Positions 11,863-22,027 of a DNA stretch of 64,000 bases are shown here, in pieces (position 1 is the first letter of the stretch; every line of letters starts with the position of its first letter). The notes under the pieces were generated by a model. The model was not told the DNA's origin, did not search any database, and was given only the letters and a program-made list of their open reading frames with translations. Both the position numbers and the translations under genes were made by a program. The stretch is from Malacoraja senta (taxonomy: Eukaryota), in assembly GCA_038087875.1 (NCBI GenBank), contig CM075993.1, positions 2,358,001 to 2,422,000 on the forward strand, written 5' to 3'.

Positions 11863-14800
11863 GGAATATTGAATATAGGTCTGATCTTCCAACATAATGA
11901 ATGGTACACATGATCAACAGAGTGCAGCAGAAATTCACTAGATTAATTCCTAGGATGGAGGGTTTATCATATGAAAAGGATTAATCAACCTATACTCTCC
12001 AGTTTAGAAAATGAGAAGTAATCTCATTGAAATATTTTTATAGGATTGGCAACATAGATATGGAATTAATGTTTCTCCTGACTGGACAACTGCAATCAAG
12101 ACTCAGTAAGTAGGTTGGCCATTCAGAACAAGGATAAGAATGTTTCCACTTAGGGAGTAATGAATTTTTGGAATTATTTTATTCATGTGGCTCAGTTGAT
12201 GTGTAATTTCAAGAAAGAAGTTCTCTTTTGATTATGGGAATCATGAAATATGGGATTTGAATCAGGAAAATGTGCAGAGATATACATTTTCTCACAGATG
12301 GCCATTTGATTCCTCCAGTCTATGCTGGAGATAAGAACAATGTCATCTTCCCCATTCACAGGCTCACGAATAGAACCAGATGTCGTGTTTGACCCTGTGA
12401 TTGTTGACTGAGGCAGCTATGATCAGCCATGGTCATATTGTATGGCAGAGCAGGCACCAATAGCTGAATGGCCTCTTCCTTCTACTTATGTTTTCTGGAT
12501 TGATGTGCAGAAGGAATAATGTGGAGTATGTACAGGATGTTATTGAAGAACATTAATTTCACAATTGTGAGACAAGTAGAGTGTTAAATGTTAAATTGTC
12601 CAAAACCTATAACCATTCCTTTATAAACACCGATTGCAAAATATTAAAAAATATTCTTTATCCCAAATAACAAATACACTGGAAATAGGGATCCAATATC
12701 CCTCCTCTTCCTCTCCAAAATGACTATGCTATCATCGTTTTGAAGATGAAGATCTACAACCATATTGGAAGCAAACCATGAAGTGACATAAAGTTAATTC
12801 ACCGTAAATCGATCTATCAATCAGAGTTTGATGGAGTTTTTTTCATGGCATAATATCAGTTCCTATTGACTGCTCCAAATAAAATCGAATGGTCAAGAAT
12901 CAAGAAAGTTTGTCACAAGTCCCGACAATAGAACAATTGCTCATGATGCAGAGGCAGTAGCCACTATTTTGATGAAAATGTGGACTGAACCTCATGTACA
13001 TGATGGCTCAAGGCTTATGCTGCATTATCAACTGCAGTTTGTCTTAACATTATAACACAGGTTTTCATTATTTATTTATTTATTTATTTTTGGGGTCAGG
13101 GCATCATTGGCAAGGGCCGCATTTATTATGCCCCCACACCTTCCCCAGTTCCCAGCAGTCCTTTCGTTGAAGATACATGCAGAGCAATTTTGGGTTGGGA
13201 GTTACAGGATTCAGGTGCAGCAATAATGAATGAACGGCAAAATATATCCAAGTCAGGATGATCTGTGATCTGTAGGGATCTTATGGATGGTGATGTTTCC
13301 AAATGACTGCTGTTCAAACTCTTCGGTGAATGGTTCTTAGTTGACATACGGTCAGAGCAGCCTGGGTGAGTGACTGCAACACATTGTGTAGAAGGTGCAT
13401 ACTGTAGTCACTGTGGAATGGCAGAAATGAATGTTTGGGGTGATTGATAGATTACTTCATCCTGCATGGTGTGAAGCTTCTTGAGAATTCTTGGTGCTGC
13501 AATTCTCCAGGCAAATGGAGGGCATTCCAACACATTCCAGACATGCCTGTAGATGGTGGAAAGGCAGAGTCCCAGGAGGTAAGTCACATATCCAATACCA
13601 TAATATTAATGACGTAAACTCAGAGATGGTAATACCATTGAATGTCAAGGGGAGGGTACCAGACCTTTTGTTGGAAATAGTCATTTTATGCCACAAAAGT
13701 GCCAAGTATGTTATTTGTCACTTATCAGCCTATGCCTAAATTCTGTCCCAATATTGTTTCATAGAGGGTGCATTGTTTACTGAGAAGTTCTAAAAAGGAT
13801 TGAACATTCTGTAATCATTCCGACTTCTGACCCTATGATGATAGTAAGGGAAAGAAAGTTGAAGGAACTGAAGATGGTCAGACCAAAGATGCTGCCCTGA
13901 GGAACACACTGTGATATCCTTGGGATGGGATGATTCTGCTACAGACATCTTCCTTTGTGCTAAGTTTGAACTTCCTGAGTGCATTTTCTGACCAGTTCAG
14001 TTTTACCAATGCAACCTGATGCATCCATCAATTAAGGATAGTCATTCTTACCTCACCTCTAGAAATCAGAATATTGGTCTGTTGGGATCAAAACTTGGTC
14101 CTTGTGTACGCAAAACTGGGCATAGGCGAATAGGTTATTTTACGATTGCGAAAATTACTTAAGGTGCATTGGAGAACGTGCAGTATAAAAAGAAATGAAT
14201 CCATGGAATAGGGATGTAGACAACATTTAAAAATTCTGTAACTCAACTATGCACTTTATACAATTTCAACACCCAGGTGAGAACTCAGCAACTATCTGCA
14301 GCTACAACAAACCTTTTTATCGTGATTTTTGCATGCACTGACAGTAACCTGGCAATACAAATCAAAACCCTGACTTCTGAAGTACTCCGACTGCCTGAAG
14401 TGCCATCGAGTGAAGGTCTTGACAAATCTTGTCAGATCTTGTTCAGGTGTTTTTTGAATCTGACATATCTATTTGTATTTTAAGTGCTTAAAAACATATT
14501 GTTGATTCTCCCTTCCTCCTCTCTGCATGCAGGTTGGATTTTTACAAGTATGGATAGAAGATCTCAGAGTACTCTCCTAAACAGGTTGGCAATAGCTCCA
14601 ACCAGACAGCAGGAATCCAAACGGCAACCAGCAGTCTAGTGTTATAAATGTGGTTATATATTTGAGATTAATCCTGACTGCTCTGAAAGGCAGCAGCAAC
14701 CTCTTAGGAGCTGCATTGCTGCCCCACCAGTTGCACTTAAGAATATTATGTGTCCCTGATGAATTGCCATTTCTAATATCTGTAACATACAACAGAGTCA

Positions 14801-15039
14801 TATCAGAGCAAAATCCTTGCAATACCATCCTCTTGTTGTTTATGTTAAAAAAAATCAAAGTTATACTATTTTGCTTTGAAAGTATAATGATTTAATGTTT
14901 TAATGTTTTACATTGGATGAGCTATACATATTGTTTGCTGAACAGTCATAATTATCTCAAAGACAGGTGGGAGTCTTGATCAAGATATTACTAACAGCTG
15001 AACCTGGGATAAAGCTGACATTTGCTTAGTCAAACTTAC

Positions 15040-15132
15040 CAATAAGGTTGTTCCACCTCGAGAGATTAGGAAATGCCCTGACTCCACAATCATTAAGGAG
15101 AGAAAACCCTTTTCCAGACTAGATTCAAAAAC
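15040..15132 (-). CDS. REC114: REC114 coding exon 2 (93 nt, phase 0/0)
   Basis: tttcag|GTTTTT...TTATTG|gtaagt. Translates VFESSLEKGFLSLMIVESGHFLISRGGTTLL, matching the REC114 PH-domain segment as I recall it from human (VFDSNEESGYLVLTIVISGHFFIFQGQTLL). Too short for the ORF track. Confidence 0.93.
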
Positions 15133-16154
15133 CTGAAAGCAAACCAGAACATGGTTAGTACAAATATATAAAAAACATATTCATTACATTTAAAGATTTA
15201 TCCCTTTAACATTTCAGTAGCTTCGTAAATGTTGTCAAACCACCTCCATTGCTCACTCCAGCAAACTGACAAAAGACTGGAAATTTTCCACAGTGTTACA
15301 TAGTATATCTACGTACACCTGTTTTCTGCTACACTGCACCCCTTCAAAATCCACCATTCACTGCCCACTCCAAAGTACACCAACTCATATCACATTGATT
15401 GGCCAGCAGGATCTGACAAACACTTCATGTAATTTTCCCATAACTCTCAAACCAGTCAGAATCATACACGCCATCTGTCCTCTTTACAGTACATTGAAAT
15501 TCTTATAATATTAATGAGTTGGGCATTTTAGACTAGTTACTGCACATTGCAGGTTGAGGCAAATTGAATATAATTTATGGACAAAGAATCCAAAATCTGT
15601 GCAAACAAAATTTTGGAATGCTGGCAGTGCCATTTTAAAAATCTTACTTTAAAATAAAATTGGAAGATGACAGCTTGGAGATGTGTGAATGGAAATTGTC
15701 ATAGCCCAGAGCCGCCCACAACACCAATACACACTCTCTCAATCCAATTCCAATTTGCAAATTGAGACAAATTGAGCAGCATAATCAAGGATGAGTCGTA
15801 CCCTGGCCACTCCCTCTTCTCCCCTCTCCCATCAGGTAAAAGGTACAGAAGTGTGGAAATGCACACCTCCAGAATTAGGGACAGTTTCTTCCCATGTAGA
15901 CACAAGATGCTGGAGTAACTCAGCGGGTCAGGCAGCATCTCTGGAGAGAATGAATCTCTCCAGAGATGCTGCCTGACCCGCTGAGTTACTCCAGCATTTT
16001 GTGTCTACCTTCAATTTAAACCAGCATCTGCAGTTCTTTCCTAGTTTCTTCCCAGATGTTATCAGGCAACTGAATCATCCTTCCACAACTAGAGAGCAGT
16101 TCTGAACTACTATCTACCTCTTTGGTGACCCTATCCTTGATCAGACTTTGCTGG

Positions 16155-16850
16155 CTCCCCCTCCCACCCTCTCCCTCATCCCCTTCTCCCTCATCCCCCT
16201 TCTCCATCAACCCCTTCTCCCTCATCCCCTTCTCCCTCTCTCCCTCTTCTCCCTCATCCCCCTCTCCCTCATCCCCTTCTCCCTCATCCCCTTCTCCCTC
16301 ATCCCCTTCTCCCTCATCCCCTTCTCCCTCATCCCCTTCTCCCTCTCTCCCTCTTCTCCCTCACTCCCTCATCCCCTTCTCCCTCATCCCTCTCTCCCTC
16401 ATCCCCCTCTCCCTCAACCCCTTCTCCCTCATCCCCTTCTCCCTCTCTCCCTCATCCCCCTCTCCCTCATCCTCATCCCCCTCTCCCTCTCTCATCCCTC
16501 TCCCTCATCCCCTTCTCCCTCATCCCCCTCTCCCTCATCCCCCTCCCTTTCTCCCACCCATCCTCCCCTTTCATCTCCCTCTCCGGCCTCTCCATCTCCT
16601 CCCTCTTCATCCCCTCCTTTCTCACCTCCCCATCACTCTCTCCTCCCTCATCCCCCTCTCCTCCCTCTCCCCTCCATCATCCCCCTCTCCCTTCCCTCTC
16701 CCCTCCCTCATCCCATTCCCCCATCCCTCACTCCTCTCCATCTGTCCCCCTATCCCCTCCCTCATTCTCTCACCCCCCCCCCCCTCTCCCTCATCCCTCT
16801 CTCATCTCTCCTCACCCTGACCTCACTCTCATCCCTCCCTCATCCACCCC
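16155..16850. repeat. Polypyrimidine/polypurine minisatellite, ~15-bp unit CCCTCATCCCCTTCT
   Basis: Tandem array visible in the sequence, degenerating toward the REC114 exon 1 donor. Confidence 0.95.
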
Positions 16851-16856
16851 TCTCAC

Positions 16857-17030
16857 CTCCCAGGAGCTGGGTGCTGCGCCCGACGCCGTGAACCGGGCGT
16901 AGCGCTTCAGGGCCCACTGTGAGGTGGACATCAGCTCTGCCACGGTCCCGCCTTGACCCTGACCCGCCGCCGCGGTGCCGGTTTGTCCGGCCGTCGCCTG
17001 AGACGCCCCGTGAAGAGAAGGCGCCGCCAT
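16857..17030 (-). CDS. REC114: REC114 coding exon 1 (58 aa, phase 0)
   Basis: ATG at 17030 in GCAATGG context. MAAPSLHGASQ...SQWALKRYARFTASGAAPSSWE|gtgaga has the REC114 motifs WxLxRYAR and W[K/E]-intron, and splices in frame to exon 2. Synteny with HCN4 supports the call. Confidence 0.9.
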
Positions 17031-17235
17031 TGCTCCCTCGTCGGCCCCGCGCGCGGAGGCGGGAAACCGCCGCACTGGCGGACGAAAGCCAGCAGACCAA
17101 TCAGCGTCGCAGAAAACCCTACCAATCAAATGCGGCGGCCAATCAGCGGCCATGGGGGGGGTGTGAATCGACCAATCAACTGCGGCCTCGGCCGGGGACC
17201 AATCAGGACGACGCACTGGCACTCGGCGAGAGGAG
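17031..17235 (-). promoter_or_regulatory. REC114 CpG-island promoter with five CCAAT boxes and an E2F-type site
   Basis: CCAAT at 17097, 17122, 17139, 17172 and 17199 (all CCAATCA). GGCGGGAAA at 17058-17066. CpG-rich, no obvious TATA. Confidence 0.7.
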
Positions 17236-17534
17236 ATGATCTATCTATCTATCTATGAGCTCCTCTATGATCTTTGGACAAGACATTGGTGAGGCAACCC
17301 TCTTCCTCTTCACAATACTAGAAATTGTTCAGCCAGAGCTCAACACACTTCTCGGCATCTGCATGCAATGGCGTTTTGGGCTTCTTGTGCTTTCCCCTAT
17401 CACCTTCAACCCATGTCCTCTGGTTCTTGATTTTGCCTACTAACTCTGGGTAAAAGATTCTGTGCATTTACCCTCTCCATTCCCCTCATGATCTTATGCA
17501 CCATAAGATTATCCCTCATTCTCCTGCACTCTAA

Positions 17535-17927
17535 TGGCCCTGTCCCACTGTACGAGTTCATTCAAGAGCTCTCCCGAGTTTTAAAAAAAATCAAACTCGT
17601 GGTAACATAGAAACATGGAAAATAGGTGCAGGAGTAGGCCATTCGGCCCTTCGAGCCTGCAATGCCATTCAATATGATCATGGCGGTGCAGGAGAATGTA
17701 CGTAGCGGGTACGTCGGAGCTCGGGGACGTCTCTTAGCGACTCGTAACGCTAACGGCAGGTACTCGGGAAACACGGTAAGCAACTCGTGAAGATTTTTCA
17801 ACATGTTGAAAAATGTCCACGAGAGCCTCGAGTACTTACGAGCGGCCATTACCATAAATCTCCGCGTTCGAATCAGGGCAAACTCGGGAGAACTCTTTGA
17901 ATGAACTCGTACGGTGGGACAGGGCTT
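17535..17927. mobile_element. MITE with long TIRs (PIF/Harbinger-like), inserted in a CR1 fragment
   Basis: TIRs GCCCTGTCCCACTGTACGAGTTCATTCAAGAG...CTCCCGAGTTT / AAACTCGGGAG...GTGGGACAGGGC. 3-bp flanks TAA/CAA. Carries a CR1 tail piece at ~17605-17685. Confidence 0.7.
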
Positions 17928-17967
17928 CAAGGAGTGAAGTCCAAGCCTGCCCAGCCTCTCCCTATAG

Positions 17968-18748
17968 GGTGGGTTGCACGTAAGGTCATCGGGTCAAAGG
18001 GCGTGACGCACGGAGCAGCTCAATCGAAGTGGAGGACATGTCGGCCTCGGTATACATTGTTAAACACACAAAACACGTACTTTCCTGTTAAAAAAACGCC
18101 AAAATGATCATTTTTTGCCCTGTAAGTAATTGTGGGTGCTGTCACTGAAAGCGGGAAGGTATCATGTTTAAACTGGTGTTATCTCATGGTGTAGCGCATT
18201 TTACAATCCGCGACTGTTCATTGTGTCCAGAGAGACAGCACCATCTCGATAAGCCTTCGGGACAGCCCCCACTCTCCCCCCCGGGGTCAGTGCTGTCCGG
18301 CCACGGCCACCCTCTGCCCCGTCTCCCCCTGTGGGCCGCACTGTCAGGGGCTGTGGGTCGGCAGCGCCCACACACGGGGCCGGGTGGAGCGGGGCCGGGT
18401 GAGGTGGGGCAATGTAGATTTCGCAAATCCTCTGGGCAACGTCAGCTGCAGCAAAGTTGGGGACGGTCTGCTTCCTCTGCCCACCAAGAGTCATTGACCG
18501 TGCTGCACCGACACCCTGACCTCTTCCTCCCCGACCCCCTCCTCCCCCCCCCCCCACCCTCGGCCGCGGGGATAGACGGCCCGGGGTCCGCAAGTGTGCA
18601 ACCAGTCCGGATGCTGGGCCAGAAGAAGGGCCCGCTGTGCTGGCAGCTATAGTAAATGCTTACCTGCAGTTCATTGCGTGTACTCCAGTTGGCGTTGCGT
18701 GGCAACAGTATGGGTCACGGGTCGTTACCTCGACTGCTTGCAACCTCC
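17968..18748. mobile_element. Putative non-autonomous DNA transposon, GC-rich
   Basis: Interrupts a CR1 fragment (CTCTCCCTATAG|CTCAGG). Flanks CTATAG/ATATAG and short imperfect TIRs GGTGGGTTGCA / TGCAACCTCC. Confidence 0.55.
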
Positions 18749-20520
18749 ATATAGCTCAGGCCCTGGCAATGTCCTCGCAAATCTTCTCTGCACTCTTTCC
18801 AGCTTAATGACGTCTTTCCTATCTCCTCTCCTCATCTCCTGCTCCTTATTTTAATTTTGCATCCCCTCAGTTCTAGGCTTCTCAGCCAGGATAATATTCT
18901 CTCCTCATCTGGGCTGTCAAGCCCTGTAAGAATTATTTTTTAACTTTGAATTTAACATTATTCTTAACTCTGGAGAATACATGCTTGGTTTACTCAATCT
19001 CCTCAACGCAACAAACCTACCGTACCAGGAGCAGGCCTAATGAATCTTGGATGCATTCCCTCAGTGACAAGTATATCTGTTATTAGATAATGGACCAAAG
19101 TTATACACCATATTCTGGGCACAGTCTTATCGAGGGACCATATAATTGCAGTAAGACTTTTCTGGCCCTGCACGCAAATCCTCTTCTAATAAAAGCCAAC
19201 ATGTCATTTGGCCTCTGAAGTGCATGCTAAACCTGAATGTTCATTTTCGGTGACTTGTGTTACAAGGACATTCAGGTCCTCTAAACAAGAACTTTACCAA
19301 ACCTCTCTGTATTAAACACAAATGCTACTTTACTGTACAAAAACACCAAAATCCATGACCTCACATTTTTCCACATTATGTTCCATCAACATGTTCTCAT
19401 TTAGTGAGCGGCACAATGACGCAGCGTTAGAGTTGCTGCCTTACAGCGCCAGAGACCCGGGTTCGATCCTGACTATGGGTGCTGTGTGTATGGAATTAGC
19501 TTTTCTGTATCTGTATAAATGTATTTATATTTTCTTTATTCCTCACCCTCCTGTCCAGTTCTGTTTCATCAGCAGTATTGCATTATAACATTTAGTCTGC
19601 TCAGATAACTTGGTAATATAGACTGTGGATAGCTGCTGCAAGCACTGATCCCTGCAGTATCTCACCAGTCGCAGCCAAACACAAGACGTATCACAAAATG
19701 TAGCAAAGATACTTATCAAAAACTGCAGCAGGTTACCCGGTTATAGGAAAGATGAAAAGGGTGCAGAGAAGATTTCCAAGGATGTTGCAGGCTTTGAAGG
19801 CCTAAGCTATAGGGAAAGGTTAGGACTTTATTCCTTGGAGTGCAGGAGGATGAGGGCTGATTTTATAGAGGCATATAAGATCACAAGTGGAATAGATTAG
19901 GTAAAAGCACATAATCTTTTACCCAGTAGGGGAATCAAGAACTATAGGACACGGGTTTCTGAGAGGGGAAAGATTTAATAGGAACCTGAGGGGGCAAATT
20001 CTTCACCCAAAAGGTGGTGGTGGGTATATGAAATGAGTTGCCAGATGATGTAGTTGAGGCAGGGACTATCACAACATTTAAAAGACATTTGGACAGGTAC
20101 ATGGATACCATTTTCTCCTTTTGTTCCAGATTTCTAGCATCTGTACATTTTGCTTTTCAATTATGATTTGGGCAGTCATGTGTAATTTCATAAATGGAGA
20201 ATTAACATTCAGGTAAGATGTCACTTAATGTCTTTAAGGTAAGAATGCAGGAAAAAAATACACAGTTGCCGCGCTTCCCACGAAAATAAATCAAATACAG
20301 AGAAAAATATTCAATCATCATAAAAAATCAAATCAAATCAAAAGTGATATGTCAGGCTAAAATTATTGCAAAATCCAATCACTCTCAATTTTCAAACGGA
20401 AAGAAAGAAATGACTAGAGCTTAAAAGATTAACAAAATGAAATGAAATAAATAGGAACTGGAAGATGGAAATAAGGTAAACCAGCTGAATTAAAATGAGA
20501 TTGAAATCGCCAGTGATTCA

Positions 20521-20822
20521 GGGTGGTACAGTGGTGCAGTTGATAGAGCTGCTGCCTCACAGTGCCCTTGTTCAATCCCAACCTTGGGTGCTGTCTGTGT
20601 GGAGTTTGCACGTTCTCCCTTTGACCTCGTTGGTTTCCTCCGGGTACTCCGTTTTCCTCCTACATTCCAAAGACATGCCGGTTTGTATTGGCTTCTGTAA
20701 ATTATCCCTAAGTGTGTAGGGAGTGGATGAGAAAGTGGGGTAACAGAACTAGCGTGAATGGGTGATCGATGGTCGGCGTGGACTTGGTGGGCGGAAAGGC
20801 GTGTTTCCATGCTGTATCCTAC
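20521..20822 (+). mobile_element. tRNA-derived V-SINE (HE1-like)
   Basis: tRNA-like head, V-domain GGAGTTTGCACGTTCTCCC...CTCCGGTTTCCTCC and a CR1-like 3' tail. Confidence 0.8.
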
Positions 20823-21884
20823 AAATATGCGGGCTTACATGATAATTGGCCTCTGCAGATTGCAGGGGAGTGGATGAGAGAGTGGGAAAACATAGAACTA
20901 ATGTAAATGGTGATCAATGGTTGGCCTGGACTAGGTGAGCCAAAGGGCCTGTTTACATGCGGAATCTTGCAATCAGTCAAAACAAACATGCCGATTTATG
21001 ACCTGATGCAGAGCAGATTCGATGGACCGAATAGCCTCATTCTGCTCCTAGGTCTTATGGTCTTTGGACCTTATGATGCAGGAAGGTCATTGACGTAGCT
21101 GGTTGGACCAGGGTCACTGGGGCTGGGCTGGTTGACCACCGACAACCACAAAGAGCCACTTTGTTCTCACGAATCATAACAATTCCTCATGCTTCAGTAA
21201 TCCATCTATGACTTTTGTTTATTTTCATTGTTCTGCCTGAGAATGCATTGTATTCTAGTCTATTTCATTCACGACTGGATTTAAGTTTCACTTCACTTCA
21301 AGGAATCCTGCTCTATTGTGCCACCTGGAGTGAGATACGACTGGTAAACAACCCGGTGAATTAAACCTTGACATCTGTGTGTTCCTACCTTTCATATCCG
21401 CGTCTTTGCCTTATTACACAAGACATTACGTCCATCTTTTTTTCCTCACATATTTACTACTTATTTTACAGTGGCCTCTTAACTTACAATCCACATGTGA
21501 ATGGGATGTGGGAGGCAAACAAAGCATCAAGATGAAACCTCACATGGTCACAGGGAGTTTGTCCTGAGGTCAGGATTGAATGTCCATGCTAGAAAAGTCG
21601 AACAAAGGGCGGCATGGTGGTGCAGCAGTAGAGTTGCTGCCTTACAGCGCCAGAGACCTTGGTTCATTCCTGACTACGGGTGCTGTCTGCACGGAGTTTG
21701 TATGTTCTCCCCGTGACCGCATCGCTTTTCTCCAGGTGCTCCGGTTTCCTCCCGACTCCAAAGACATACAGGTTTGAAGGTTAATTGGCTTGGTTAAGTT
21801 GTAAATTGTCCCTTGTATGTGTAGGATAGTGTTAGTGTGCGGGGATCGCTGGTCGGCGCGGACTCGGTGGGCCGTATGGACTCT

Positions 21885-21938
21885 GGGGTGGAAGATTGCA
21901 ACCTTCATGTGGTCCGCCCTGTTTCGACGAATGCAATC
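21885..21938 (+). ncRNA. Predicted minimal HDV-like (CPEB3-type) self-cleaving ribozyme
   Basis: P1 GGGGTGG/CCGCCCT with a G1-U wobble, P2 GATTGCA/TGCAATC, P3 ACC/GGT, L3 TTCATGT (TTCACGT in the other copies), vestigial P4 GTTTCGA, and J4/2 CGAA with the candidate catalytic C at 21928. Confidence 0.8.
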
Positions 21939-22027
21939 AACCCGGCGTGCACAATCAAATAAGATCAAATAGAACAAGTTGTCCTACAACTTTAGGCTGT
22001 GCACGCCATACACAAGAAGAAGTAGAA
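21885..22027 (+). mobile_element. HDV-like-ribozyme-headed short retroelement, copy 2 (best preserved)
   Basis: TSD GGTGGGCCGT (21866-21875 / 22028-22037). Nine extra nt precede G1. Tail CAAGAAGAAGTAGAA. Confidence 0.85.

Noticed and set aside
12855..12900. Possible REC114 exon 3 (minus strand DHSILFGAV)
   Set aside because: No EGFSL or WLK motif and no fitting splice sites. Exon 3 probably lies left of the window.
16122..16891. 232-aa and 247-aa Pro/Ser/Leu-rich ORFs
   Set aside because: Translation of a stop-free pyrimidine minisatellite inside REC114 intron 1.
16812..17222. 136-aa ORF taken as the full first exon
   Set aside because: The upstream part runs through the CCAAT-box promoter (repeated DW from GATTGG) and the end reads through the splice donor. 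Only 17030-16857 is supported.
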